A stretch of DNA of 64,000 nucleotides from Octopus vulgaris (lineage: Eukaryota), in assembly GCA_951406725.2 (NCBI GenBank), contig OX597821.1:36704001-36768000 (forward strand). The letters run 5' to 3'. Below the pieces are notes generated by a model, which did no database searches, was not told the DNA's origin, and saw only the letters and a list, made by a program, of their open reading frames with translations. Both the position numbers and the translations under genes were made by a program. Below are positions 25,917 through 40,073 of this stretch, piece after piece. Numbering within the stretch: the first letter of the stretch is position 1; each line of letters opens with the position of its first letter.

Positions 25917-26854
25917 TGTGTGTGTGTACGCATGTATGTATGTATGTATGTATTATGTATATGCAAGTGAGGAAAGGAAAATATACACGTAGAATAATAA
26001 AATAAAATGCTGAATAAACAAACGAAAAGACCAAAAGAAGAAAGATACAGAATCCATGCATAACGTAATGTCAGATCATACCTTTGGCTGGGTACTTATT
26101 GGAATGGCTGACGACCACAAAAGAAAAGAAAATATAAAAGGGTTTTGTATTTTGCATTGAAGAAGACAGCAGTGTGAGCAAAATAAAAATGTAGTCAGCA
26201 GCACAGAAGAAACAAATAATAAGGTTTTAAAAAAAGGCATGGACGACAAAAACTTAAGATTTGTTGCGGTAAAAACGTAGCGATAACCTTCGTTAATATT
26301 ATCTTTACAAAACTACATTTTAAAAAAGGAAAACGGTAAGAACATGACATTGTTTCTTTAATGTTCTACTGAGAAAAGAAAAAGAAAAATACGAACTTTA
26401 TTAAATTATAATTATATCGCTTTACATTTCTTTACTTCTGTTTCAGAGTTTTGTGGTCTAGGTTGTTTTTGGTTTGATATATTTTTTTGTGTGTTTTATT
26501 GAATGATAAAATTTGTTTTCAACGTCTTCAGTCGGATATATATATAGGGTGTATTTATATATGTACATGTTTATTAAGCGTATATGTGTTTGTGTCTGTG
26601 TGTATGTAATTAGAGGGAGAGACAGAAAGAGAGACACAGAGAGCGAGAGAGAGAGTTGGGTTTTTTTCTGTGCGAGTGTTTCTATGTATCTGTTACGTCA
26701 TCTGCAACATAAAACAATCTATTAGAGGTTTTAGAGTCAATTTAATAAGATGTCGACATAGCTCAATCACGGTTTCTTTACATACATACATACATATGCA
26801 CGTCCATACATGCATAACGTAAATAAATACGTACTTACGTACGTACGTATATGC

Positions 26855-26908
<54 letters not shown>

Positions 26909-27165
26909 TCATACATACATTCAGAGACAGACACAGATAAGCAGACAGACAGACGGACGGACGTACGGACGGATAGACAGACAGGCAGACAGACAGGCAA
27001 GCAGACAGGCAGACAGATAGGCAGGCAGGCAGACAGGCAGGCAGACAGATAGCCAGACAGGTAGACAGACGGACAGGTAGACAGACAGACAGGTAGACAG
27101 ACAGACAAATAGACAGACAGACAGGTAGATAGACAGACAAACAGTTAGATAGACAGACAGACAGT

Positions 27166-27209
<44 letters not shown>

Positions 27210-27250
27210 GAGACAGACAGACAGACGGACGGATGGAAGGAGGGATAGAC

Positions 27251-27311
<61 letters not shown>

Positions 27312-27439
27312 TTCGGCATACGCAAATACAGCAGTATATTATTGAAATAATTTATCGTACTTAATGTATACTAACTAGTGACAGTGTGTTTGTATATAGC
27401 GCCGAGCATCTATTTGCAACATCACTGAATGTTTTTCTG

Positions 27440-27670
27440 TCTTTTTCCTATATCTGAGATAATGAATCTTCGTCCGAACATGTAGCTGGCTGCGTGCATG
27501 TGCCACTGAGAAGGTGCAAAAGTCCGAAATACATCTGATAATTTCGCTGCCTACTGCTGAGATGAATTTTCGTTTCTCTCTGATATTTATTGTGATTTTT
27601 AACACAGCATGTCCATAGATATAATCTCAAGACAAGTACTGCAGTAACTTGCCTAGGTATGATGCATGTA
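27440..27670 (+). mobile_element. Repeat family D with decayed minimal HHR (27503-27538)
   Basis: cca CUGAGAA ggtgcaaaagtcc GAAA taca UC tga; flanks homologous to 59990-60260. Confidence 0.55.
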
Positions 27671-28271
27671 TGATGGCTAGTTTAATAATCGTTCATATGT
27701 AGGATACTATCGGTTTCATGTAAGAGGAAGGAGGGCCTGTACTTGTCAGGAAAATTTACATTCCTCAGACCTGGCTGAATAACAAACAAAATATTCAGAA
27801 TTGTCATTCAATGTAATGTCGTTGGAGATGAGAAAATGAGTAATATTAGATGTAGTTCATTTAATAATAATAATGAACAATACATGTATGGTTCAAGAGA
27901 CTAATCACTGACGATCTAGTTTAGAACTAGAATTTCTCTTCTTACTGGGTGTTAAGTCCTGTGAGATTATGACATTAGAATAAAACAGAAATTAATGATC
28001 TAATAATATCCGTATGATCACAAACATTCAGTTTGTGCATTTAGACACATAACCTCTACAAGGAGGTGATAGTGTTTGAGAAAAGGTCATAAACGTTATG
28101 ATGCAGAATAGCCAAAAATGATATTGAATAAGGAATATGAAGAAAGAGAAGAAAACAAATAACAATAAAAAATAAGGGAAAGTGAAAACAATAGGAAAAA
28201 TATCTAAATAAAAAGAAGAAACAGACGTAAGCGTAGCTGTGTGGTATGTCATTTGCTTTGTTGTTGGTTGA

Positions 28272-29665
28272 AAGAATCTGAGCACTTGTAGAGATGGAAG
28301 AACTTACTGGACTTACGAAAAAATACGTATATAACTATCAAAGAAGCCGATAAAGGGAGCACTGTCGTCGTCATGGACAAAATTTACTATAAAGACTCAG
28401 CAGTCACAATGCTAGAGGACAACAACTGCTATAAAAAAGCAACTCACCAAAAAATCAAAAATAATGAAAAACCTCACAACTCTTTTAAAGAAGTATAACA
28501 AAGTCTTAACCAGCAAGGAAACTGACTATTTAAACCGCTTCAAATGTAAAACGAGCAACTTTTATGGTTTACCTAAAGTCTATAAATATAAAAGGATAAG
28601 TGATGCCTGTAAATCCTCAGGAAACAAATACATACAGCTAACATCTCCAGATGATCTAAAATTGAGACCAATCATAGCAATCCCGGCATGTGAAACACAC
28701 AGACTCAGGAACCTCTTGGACATCCTCCGAAAACCCTTCCTAAAACATATACAGAGTGACGTAAGATATTACTCAGACATGCGAAATCATTTGCCAAAAA
28801 CGGTAAATAAACATACAATTTTTACTTCATTTGACGTTGTCAACCTATACACCAACATTCCCCATGAATATGGAAGAACTGCAATCCAACACTGGTTAGA
28901 CACTCACCAATCTGAACTTTGAATACGCATAGAAAAATAATTTATCATTGATAGGCACAGATTCATACTTGAAAACGACTTTTTACCGTCAACGGTTCGG
29001 ATTACCGCCAAACATCAGGAGCGGCGATGGGTACGAATGTAACCAACATACGCCAGCTTAGTCATGGGATTCCACGAACAAAAAATCTACAACCAATCTC
29101 TACTAATATTTGGTGACACGTTCCATATACAACTAAGGAACAATTGGGAAAAGATACCTGGATGATTGCTTTATTTTATGGCAGTAAAATCTTGACAAGT
29201 TAACTGAATTTAAAAACATGTTTAATAACCTCATCCAATTCACAATGAAGTTTAACCCCAAAGAAATCGCCTTTCTGGATATCCTAATCAAAACCAAGAT
29301 GGGAAAATAGAAACGGATATATTCTACAAACCAGTCGACACCAAACAGTACCTTCTTTTCACATCATGTCGCCCGAAACACACCAAACTCAACATTCCCT
29401 TCAACCTGACAAAACGAATTTGTACTATAGTATCAGAACCATCCAAGCGTGAACAATGACTAGAGGAAATGAAGGACATACTTATCCAAAGAGCCTTCCC
29501 TCCTGGCATAATCAGCAACAGAATAATCAAGGCGAAACAAATGGATATCAATGAAATGAGGAAAACAAAAAACAAAAGGAAAAATGTCTTACGATTTGTG
29601 TCAGCCTTCAATCCCAGGAACACCGAAATATTTGATCACATCCACAAAACGCCTTCCTATCTTAG
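28272..29665 (+). mobile_element. Penelope-like element reverse transcriptase pseudogene
   Basis: ITIKEADKG, FYGLPKVYK, LRPII, SFDVVNLYTNIP, GAAMGT, RYLDDCF, FLDILI, DIFYKPVDTKQYL; several stops and frameshifts. Confidence 0.92.
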
Positions 29666-30093
29666 AACTTGGAAAGGAGGTGGAACGCCATTACATGGAC
29701 CAAATCTTCGTTTTTATGATAAAAGTACGACCATGTTCCATCCCCTGTCTCTAGATCGACCCCCCCCCCAAAAAAAAAAACGTATCTTCATTGGCACCAA
29801 ATGCTTTCAGCTGATCAGAGCAGACTTCCGCGCTCCTTTGTTTCAAATTGTGGGTCAACTAACGAGCTACCCACGTTGCATACTCTTTCCAGTCTTCACC
29901 AGATGGGGAACCTATACGCCAAGGAAACTGGGGAAACCGGCCCTATGCTCCACAAGGGGCAAAAGGGATAAAAAAGAAGAAGAAGAAAGAAGAAGAAGAA
30001 TGAATGAATGAATACACACACACATATGTAAATATATACATAAAGCTAAACATAGACACGCAAACATATATACATACACACACGTACACATAC

Positions 30094-30205
<112 letters not shown>

Positions 30206-30616
30206 GTATATAAGAAACGTAGAAAGAACTTATAGGTCGACGTTTTACCGTGGGTTTTACTTCCTGACTTTTAAATTATTTTGTGTAGAAGTTCCTTACC
30301 ATACTTTTTCAAGTATGCACATAGGGTACATAATTGACTGCAGTTGTGTATGTTCGATAATTTCTTTTTTTTTTTTTAAATTCATCTTCTGAGAAAAAAG
30401 ATTCTTAGAAAAATTGTGCGTGTATGAGTGTGTTCAAACACACAGACACATAAAAAAAACACCCCCACCCCTACATACACATCCATACACTCCCACACAC
30501 AGACACACGCAGTCACGCGCGCGCGCACACACACACATACACACACACGCACACACACATGTACGCACACATATAGATAGACAGCGAGAGAATTAAACAA
30601 GCAGACAGAGAGATAC

Positions 30617-30785
<169 letters not shown>

Positions 30786-31162
30786 CATGAATATGATAAA
30801 TCATATGTGCGTAAATATTTGTAAATATATGAATGTATAGATACTTACGCTCACACACACACACACACTCACGCCCACAAACACGCACACAAACACTCAC
30901 ACATTCAAATTTAGCCCAATATCCATTGTTTTAAAAAGAGTTGTTTTTTTTTTAAATAAAAAAAATCTCTTCAGTAACTTTTATCCTGCAGGTGTCTTTT
31001 GTTGAAAGCCGACCAATAAGTGATATTTTCTTTTTTACGTTGAACCGTTTTGTTTAGCTGATAACAAATTGGGATAGAATTATGCTCGTACTTGAGAATG
31101 ATTATAACGTATGATTAGACATTGAAAAACTCACACACACACACACACACAGCGGATACAAA

Positions 31163-31215
<53 letters not shown>

Positions 31216-31447
31216 TACGCATTTCTAAACACATTCACACACACTTCCAAACACGTGCACACAATACACACATACACATGATCACATATATGCATACACA
31301 CAAAAATATATACATGTATGAGGGAGTAGTTATCTTGATAAATACTTGCATTAGTATATGTGTGTGTGTATATACGTGTATTTGTGAATGTATACAGGAA
31401 AGTAGGCGTGTATATAAGTATACATTTATGATTATATATATATTTTG

Positions 31448-31530
<83 letters not shown>

Positions 31531-31531
<1 letters not shown>

Positions 31532-31758
31532 GCGGCGAGCTGGCAGAAACGTTAGTGCGCCGGGTGAAATGCTTAGCGGTATTTCGTCTCTCGTTACGTT
31601 CTGAGTTCAAATTCCGCCGAGGTTGACTTTGCCTTTCATCCTTAGGAGGTCGATAAATAAAGTACCAGTTACGCACTGGGGGCGATATAATCGACTTAAT
31701 CCCTTTGTCTGTCCTTGTTTATCCCCTCTATGTTTAGCCCCTTGTGGGCAGTAAAGAT
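31531..31758 (+). mobile_element. SINE family B, full length
   Basis: ggcggcgagctggcagaaacgttag...gagttcaaattcc...cttgtgggcagtaaaga; near-identical to 40271-40494. Confidence 0.9.
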
Positions 31759-32191
31759 ATATATATATATATATATATATCCGTATATGCGTGTTCGAGC
31801 ATATGTATGCACATACAAAAACGTATATCTATATGTCTATAAATATATTCATGTACTTATGTACATACACACGTGCACGCGCACACACGTACGCAAACAA
31901 ACGTACACGCGCGCACACACACATACTCACTGCCTGATTGGCTTATAGTGTTAGAAATTTGAATAAACTCTGTTATGATATCGGTTTTGTCCCTCTAGTC
32001 TCTGATTTCAAATCCCACTGACTTCAACTTTCATTTTTACGATGTCTATAACGGAGTTACCTGGCTAGTGTTCATGTGTTTCTATATCCTTTGTTACCGC
32101 ATCTATGATTTTCCTCAGGAACAAAAGTGAAAGGGCCTAGCTGATGCCTATATCTCTGCGTGACTACATAGGCACCTAGGCTATACGCTAT

Positions 32192-32568
32192 TACTCTTTA
32201 CTCTCTCTTTACTCTTTTACTTGTTTCAGTCATTTGACTGCGGCCATGCTGAAGCACCGCCTTTAATCGAGCAAACCGACCCCGGGACTTACTCTTTTGT
32301 AAGCCCACTACTTATTCTATCAGTCTCTTTTGCCGAACCGCTAAGTAACGGGGACATAAACACACCAGCATCGGTTGTCAGGCAATGCTAGGGGGACAAA
32401 CACAGACACACACGCATATATATATTTCCGTCTACCAAATCCACTCACAAGGCTTTGGTCGGCCCGAGGCTATAGTAGAAGACACTTGCCCAAGGTGCCA
32501 CGCAGTGGGACTGAACCCGGAACCATGTGGTTGGTAAACAAGCTACTTACCACACAGCCACTCCTGCG
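32192..32568 (-). mobile_element. SINE family A, full length
   Basis: Reverse complement of the 5872-6288 family. Confidence 0.9.
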
Positions 32569-33642
32569 CCTATTGTGTCATCCCCGAATGTGAATAACGG
32601 GTGTTATGGTTTTTATATATACACAAATATACACACACATACACACATATAATCACACATACGCACACATATTTATATAAAAATCTAGATTTTATTTCTC
32701 ATGCTAGCGTTTTGTGGGAGTATAATTTTATATATTGAAGTTTGTGTATGTTTATTTGTGTGTATGTGTGTTTATATGCATGCCTCTGTGTGTGTGTGTC
32801 TATATGTCTGAGCCCAATAAACGAAAATGGTGCATTATACCAAGTTATCTACCTTGTAAGTGGAATTCCGTACACGGGAAGCCAATAACCATGTAACTTA
32901 TCCTGCGGTGAAATCTTCAGTATATATTACATGTGACTGGGTGGGGGGCTGCCTCCTTAACCGCTTCTCTGATGTAATTATCATGTGCCGCCACAAATAT
33001 TACAAAAACTTTCTCATATTACCATAAGTTTTATATTCTGACCGATCTAATTAAACCTTTCTTTCTGCTATACCCCTCGCTATAGTACTCCTACTTCAAC
33101 AACTGTATTTCTCATACCTCTAAATTTAGTTACATTGTGGGTCTTTAGCGCTCATCCACCGGTGTTTCCCTACTCTGTTCTTCCTCTCTTACGAGCACTC
33201 CCTTATATCTCCTGCCTCCGCTCCCATTTTACTGAGCTTTATTTCCGATGCGACTGATTCGTTTTACAATTCTCTTTTATACTCTTTTAGCGTTTCTTTC
33301 ATGATTTCTGTTTTTATTTTCAACTTTTCCCTGCCTCCTCTGTTAGACTAGGCTTATACACTATGCGACTGCTTTCGTTTCTGAACTGACTATCCACTGC
33401 TCTTTTCTCTTTCACTCTTTATTTCTTCTTCGCTGATACCGGCCTCTCTTTCATCTGCATTTATCACCCTATTTCCCTATCGTTTAGTTTTATGATCAAT
33501 TTTATCTCTTTTTTTTTTCTGGGTACCGTTAACTGACATCTTTTAATTACTAATTCCTCTTCAACGACCTCACCTTACTCCTCTTTTCTTTCATTTTTTT
33601 CACTTTAAACTAATTCTACCCTTTTTTTCCTATTGAAGTGAT

Positions 33643-33719
<77 letters not shown>

Positions 33720-33720
33720 A

Positions 33721-33764
<44 letters not shown>

Positions 33765-33809
33765 TCTGTTCTGTACTACGCTATTTGATACTAAGCTATT
33801 TGATAGTGC

Positions 33810-33954
33810 CTTCTGATGAGGATAACATTATTTCGCATCACTAATCTCTCAAAATCCATGTTAGTCCATACACCTAAAATATCATTTATTGGAATCCATT
33901 ATTTCATATAAAATTTATTGCGTCAGACATTGTTTATCCGAAACAGTTGTAGAG
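33810..33954 (+). ncRNA. Type I hammerhead with 120-nt stem II domain
   Basis: ctt CUGAUGA(33813-19) ggataa...ttatcc GAAA(33940-43) cagtt GUA gag. Confidence 0.7.
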
Positions 33955-34005
33955 ATAAAACCTGATTAGATCTTTTATTTGTATATACAACATTCAATGT
34001 GAATA

Positions 34006-34886
34006 CAGTCAACTCTCGCTACTATGCCACCTCGCTACTATGCCACTCTCGCTACTATGCCAGTTTTGCGCGGTCCCGGCCAAATAATAAACAACAAATT
34101 TTTACAATGCCACCCTCAACTCTCGCTACTATGCCACTTGTAAACTGAAGCGCATGCAACTTTTCGAAATTTTGTACTCCTACATTTTGTACATTTCGTA
34201 TTTGTAATCTTGTGGAAAAGTTCAGAAAGTAGCACACAATGTCAGCTCAGAAACGCAAGCGGACTGAGTTTACGCCGAAGGAAAAGAAGGAGATTATCGA
34301 TGCTGCGAAAAACGTTATTGTCGGGCCCCTCGTATCATTAGTAATATCTGATACAAGTTACCGCCCCTTGTATTGTCCGACATGTTTCACTCTAGAAGAA
34401 ATAGCAAAGGAGGTAATGCATAACGAAGAGCCAGTGGAAAGTGAAGACGACGAGGTAATTGTGGAAGAGGAATACGTTTCGTTTGCAGATGCCCAGAGAG
34501 CATGGAGCACTGTCCGAAAGTTTATGCAGCAGCAGAGCAGCGGAAAACCCAGCGTCATGCAGGCGTGTGATAGGCTAGACAACGAAATGAATGAAATCCG
34601 CCGAAAGAAGATGCGTCAGCCGACAATTTTTGAGAGCTTCGGGATTAACTAAAAGCAATCTGAACTTAATAAACTTGGATGTCTTCTTTTTACCATTGCA
34701 TTGAACTTCTTATTGGCCTTACTTCCTACCCTATGAATTTTTATTCGTATGTTCAGTAAATTTTTGGTTATGTAGTGTTTAGATAACAGACCCTCGGTAC
34801 TATGCCATTCTCGGTACTATGCCACTCTCGGTACTATGCCACTTTGGCTCAGTCCCGCAGGGTGGCATAGTAGCGATAGTTGACTG
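34006..34886 (+). mobile_element. Tigger/pogo-like internally deleted DNA transposon
   Basis: TA TSDs. TIR cagtcaactctcgctactatgccacc / ggtggcatagtagcgatagttgactg. Subterminal ctcg(c/g)tactatgcca repeats. ORF 34239-34652 joins a CENP-B-like KRKR..KEKKEII start to an acidic ..RQPTIFESF end. Confidence 0.9.
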
Positions 34887-35148
34887 TATATTCATTACGC
34901 TTTTTTATATATTTTTTTGTTTATCTATCTTTTCAGGTCTCATCCCCGCCCAACGATGATCATTCTTATAGCCAGCGCTACCTGGAGTTAGAGCTTAAGT
35001 TTCGGATTTATCTGAGCTCTATATGATAACTATCTATAACACGCTTTCTTTAACATTCTTCAACATATTTTCCGCCTCTCTCTCCCTTTCTCTCTATCTC
35101 TCTCTTTCCCTCTCTTTCTGTCTCTCTCTCTCTTTGTATATATCTATC

Positions 35149-35219
<71 letters not shown>

Positions 35220-35244
35220 ATATATACATATATACACACACACG

Positions 35245-35364
<120 letters not shown>

Positions 35365-35834
35365 GTATATATGTACGTATGTATGAATATATACAACTGT
35401 TTTATTGAAAGATTTTATTCTGATGTTACTATTACTATACACAGAAGGCATAGGGGTCCAGGTGGGGAACCTATACGCAACGAGACTGGGAAACCAGCCA
35501 TTATGACCCAGGCGTGGCTCGAGAAGGAACAAACAACAATAACAAAGTGCAAAATTCAAAAGAATGCGTTGTCCGTTTCATCATATTTCTCTCAAATCAT
35601 CAGGTAATACCATAAATAAGAGTCAAATATTGATAAGCTGCGACGTTGAAGATCGTATAGCATATCGGACTGGACTGATTCAACTGATGATTTTTATTAT
35701 ACTGTCTAGCCATCACAAGTGGTGCGCTTCATATTGATAATACCAATAGATCCTCATCAAATCAGTAGACAGACAGACAAACAGATACATTTCTCACTAT
35801 AATCTAGGATACATTTCTCACTATAATATATGGG

Positions 35835-36418
35835 TCCCTCACAAACTCTCAGAAAAGAATTGCTTGGGTCGGTATTCCGTTTCTGATATACTGTTGAAAT
35901 GGAATGAAAATAAGCCGGTTTTGAAACAACTTGTAACGGATTGTGTACGAAAACGTTGTTTGAAAAAGAACCTGGTGGATCCCCAAAAGACGAATATCCA
36001 TGCCGAAAAAGCTATACTTTGTGTTTGGTGGGATCGTAAAGGCATTAATTATTATGAGCTTCTCCCACAAAGCCAGATCCTTAATTCCGATGCGTATTGT
36101 CGTCAGCTGGCTAATTTGAAAACCCCAAAAGATCAAAGAATTGAGGCAAGCATGACAATGCCCGACCATATGTGTCTTTGGTTACTCGAACAAAGTTATA
36201 TGAACTTGGCTGGGATCTCTTACCCCATCTACCATATTCTCCTGATATTGCGCCATCGGACTACCACTAGTTTTGTCTCTACCAAACTCATTGCAAAGAA
36301 AAGCATTTAACGATTGAGATGAAATCAAAATGCATCTAGATAACTTTTATCCTTCAAAACCAGTAAAATTTTATGTTGATGGAATATTTAAATTGCCTGA
36401 TAGCTGGGCAAAGATCAC
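35835..36418 (+). mobile_element. Mariner transposase catalytic-domain relic
   Basis: LCVWWDRKGINYYELLP, HDNARP, LPHLPYSPDIAPSDYH, GIFKLPDSW, across frameshifts. Confidence 0.9.
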
Positions 36419-36729
36419 TACGCCACTTGCGGACGTTTTTGACATCTATGCACGACTCGCCTTACACTTCCGTTACCTGGCGATGAATTTCAATCGGTTT
36501 AATACGTTTTGTGTTCAAAAACCGAATAACTGCGCCAACTTCACACTTGGCGATAGCGTCAATCGGGAGCTCCATCAGATACTACTGCTAAGCCAAGATT
36601 GAGCGTGACAGCGAGGCGCGCGCCGGAGCAGGCGCATGCACAACAAACACAATAGTGTTGCCAATAGCCGAACGTACAGTTTCTGTGTCCCAAGCGCTTT
36701 GGAGACCTTACTTTGGGGATTACCATCGT

Positions 36730-36730
<1 letters not shown>
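36419..36730 (-). mobile_element. Second mariner, 5' end (TIR plus HTH)
   Basis: Reverse strand: tacgatggtaatccccaaagtaagg TIR-like, then CEVGAVIRFLNTKRIKPIEIHRQVTEV*GESCIDVKNVRKW. Confidence 0.8.
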
Positions 36731-36764
<34 letters not shown>

Positions 36765-36770
36765 CACACA

Positions 36771-36840
<70 letters not shown>

Positions 36841-36872
36841 TACATACATACATACATACATACATACATACA

Positions 36873-36955
<83 letters not shown>

Positions 36956-36959
36956 CCGT

Positions 36960-37190
36960 ATCTTTGCGTTTATGTTGTATTTGTCCCCCACCACCGCTTG
37001 ACAATCAGTGTTGTTTTGTTTATGTTCCCGTGACCAAGCGGTTCGGCAAAAGTTACTGAAAAAAGTTAAATAGAAGTACCGAGGCCGATTTATTCAATTA
37101 AATGCTGGAGCATTGCCTACAAGGCAATGCCCCAGCATAGCCGCAGCCAGTTCAGTAGTTGAAACACACAAACGATGAAAGATTAAAAGA
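36960..37190 (+). mobile_element. SINE family A, 3' part
   Basis: ccgcttgacaatcagtg...agcggttcggcaaaag...tgccccagcatagccgcag. Confidence 0.7.
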
Positions 37191-37816
37191 TAACTGTAAT
37201 CTTAAAGTAGGTTTGAATACAAGACAGAATGGCCATAAATGGAGCGCCTTTGATTATAGGTCTATTGGACCGGAACTAATCTAAAGCTAAGCAGCTGCAG
37301 CAGCAACGTCACCATGACCACCGGAAAAATCAATGTCAACCATACTACCAACACCACCACCACCCTTTATCAAGACCATTGCCATTATGTCCATCGCCAC
37401 AATCCCCCACCACTAACCCCACCCTCACCTATACTACCTCTACAGACTTGACTTTCACAACGTTATTCTCCAGACGAAGCTCTATCGACACATCATCATC
37501 ATCAATACCATCACCACCACCACCACCACCACCACCACCACCACCTCTGTCGCACCATATTCACTACCACAATTACTACTACCTTACTATCACTTCAACA
37601 CGTCCACAACACTACCATGACACTTACCACTACCACCACTACCACCACTACCACGACCCTTCAATAGCTTCTAATCGTGTTTTTAATTTCTCTTTTCCTT
37701 TGCTAAAGTTGTGTCCAATGCAACTATCATCACAGTCATCATCATCACCATTACCATCACCGTCACCATCACCATCATCACCATAACGATCACCATCATC
37801 ATCCCCACCGCCGTCG

Positions 37817-37855
<39 letters not shown>

Positions 37856-38711
37856 CTTACAGTCTACACACCACGTTTATCCACCCCACTGCAACTATCC
37901 ACACTCCGCCGGCACATCTTTCCACGCTACCACATCTATCCACCCCGCTACATTTAGTCACACCCCCCCCACTACATCTCGCCACCTTACTTCAGAAGCA
38001 ACTACCTTCTGCCATGTATATTTATAGATGCATGTGTGTGTGTTTGTATTATTCAGTGTGTTCGTGTGTATGTATGCTTAAATATGTTCATATACATTTG
38101 TATATATGGAGGTGAGCGAGTGTTTCGCTTTGTACATTTACATTGGTGGTGTTAGTGACATATGTGTGGCTAACAGATTCGATCCATTTGTTGAGTACAA
38201 GAAATCAAGCGCTAGAAGCCGTTAGTTACTAGGTTGCAGAATAATTCTTAGCTACTATCAGAGCTCTTTCTTGAGACCGGTTGTCTTAACAGCCGCCATC
38301 TTGTCAAAGACACTTGTTGTGATCGGCTTCCGCTGATAAAGACGTCTTAAGTACTTGAGATGGTAATGTGAACTTTCAGTCTTATCAACTCATGACGTGA
38401 AAAAGTGGTCAGTGTGGACAAAAGCGAACGAGACTGACAGTATGGGGGCGATGGTGAGGGGAACCAGCGGGAGAAGTAACAGAAGTATTTTGATAGACAT
38501 GGGGAGTGGAGCACAAACTGGAGAATGAATGGTGGTGTGAGGTGAGGTGAGGCGAGGTGAGGTGGGACTTAAGGAGTTAAAACGTTATATATATAATAGG
38601 CGTGAGAAAGAGATAAGAGAGCAAGAGAGGTGTATAGAGAGAAGGAGAGATACAGAAACACTGGTAAAAAAAATGGCTGTCTGAGAGAGAGAGAGGCATG
38701 AAAAGGGAAGC

Positions 38712-38742
<31 letters not shown>

Positions 38743-38819
38743 AGAAATAGAGAGAGAGAGAGTAGCAAGAAGAAAGGGATAAGAAACATAACAGGAAAGT
38801 TGGTAATAATTATTTTTGC

Positions 38820-39001
38820 TGTTGGCACAAGGCCTGAAATTCTAGTAGAGGAGATTGTCGATTATATCGACTCCAGCGTTCAACTGGTACTTACATTATC
38901 GACCACGAAGAATGAAAAGCAAAGTCGACCTCGGTGGAATTTGTATTCAGAACATAATGACGGACGAAGCGCCGCTAAGCATTTTGTCTGGTGTACTAAC
39001 G

Positions 39002-39003
<2 letters not shown>
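38820..39003 (-). mobile_element. SINE family B
   Basis: gaatgaaaagcaaagtcgacctcggtggaattt..cgccgctaagcatttt is the reverse of family B. Confidence 0.8.
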
Positions 39004-39049
<46 letters not shown>

Positions 39050-39051
<2 letters not shown>

Positions 39052-39196
39052 AACCACATGGTTCCGGGTTCAGTCCCACTGCGTGGCACGTTGGGCAAGT
39101 GGCTTCTACTATAGCCTCGGGCCGATCAAAGCCTTGTGAGTGGATTTGTTAGACGGAAACTGAAAGACCGTCGTATATATGTATATATATATGTGT

Positions 39197-39269
<73 letters not shown>

Positions 39270-39458
39270 CCTGTGTTTGTCCCCACAACATCGTTTGATA
39301 ACCGATGCTGGTGTGTTTACGTTCCCGTAACTTAGCAGTTCGGCAAAAGGGACCGATAGAATAAGTACTAGGGTTACAACGAATAAGTCCTGGGGTCGAC
39401 TAAAGGCGCTTCTCCAGCATGGCCGCAGTCAAATGACTAAAACAAGTAAAAAAGAGTA
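39050..39458 (+). mobile_element. SINE family A
   Basis: ccaaccacatggttccgggttcagtccc...cagcatggccgcagtcaaatgactaaaacaagta. Confidence 0.9.
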
Positions 39459-39650
39459 TAGTAGTAAGTCCATTCCGACCTGCTGATGTTTACTTTGGCT
39501 TTCATCCTTCCCAGGGTCGATTAAATGAGCATCGATTAAATTTTCGGGTTCGTTAAGCCAGAAGGTAAGTCGGTTTCCGTAACGTATAAATACCCAAAAA
39601 TATAATACGTCATCTCTAAACTGGACATCGATCAGACGCAATGTTAACCC

Positions 39651-40073
39651 GGATCTTTTCGGTTTGAACGGCAGTTTTTTCTAGCGGTGTCATATGAAAT
39701 TGTTACCCATAATTATGACCCTAGAATCGATCTATTGCATTTCAATCTCTTTTAGGGTTAGGGTTAGGATTAGGAGAGGGGGAAAGGGTATCTTTTTTTT
39801 CTTCACAAATGTAAATAAACCCAATCTGTTTCTTAAACGAGGGGCATATTCATACGGCACAGAATGCTTTTTAACTCAATAGAAGTTACTGATTGGTTGA
39901 AATTGCAGAAATTGAAGAAAAAAACAACAAATATCTTACAAACTATAGAATTTTCTCAATAAAGCCAAGAGAAAAAGATGTTTTATAAACACATTCTACC
40001 AGTATACGAAGTTTAAAATTTTTTAGTTACCTAGAAATTATGTTAAAAACTGCCGTTCAAACCGAAAAGATCC
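39651..40073. mobile_element. MITE with GG-starting TIRs and 8-bp TSD (Merlin-like)
   Basis: TIR ggatcttttcggtttgaacggcagttttt / aaaaactgccgttcaaaccgaaaagatcc; TSD gttaaccc at 39643-50 and 40074-81. Confidence 0.9.

Noticed and set aside
25598-26001. About 230-bp tandem duplication with a roughly 90-bp core
   Set aside because: Most simply microsatellite-mediated slippage or an assembly duplication; no functional signal
27903-27940. ctgacga followed by a 7-bp hairpin
   Set aside because: No GAAA after the hairpin and no stem I or III
34015-34842. Repeated 15-bp ctcgctactatgcca units as a CRISPR-like array
   Set aside because: They are subterminal transposon repeats without unique spacers, in a eukaryotic context
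37379-38115. Pro/His/Ile/Thr-rich ORFs
   Set aside because: (CAC)n and (CAT)n trinucleotide repeats
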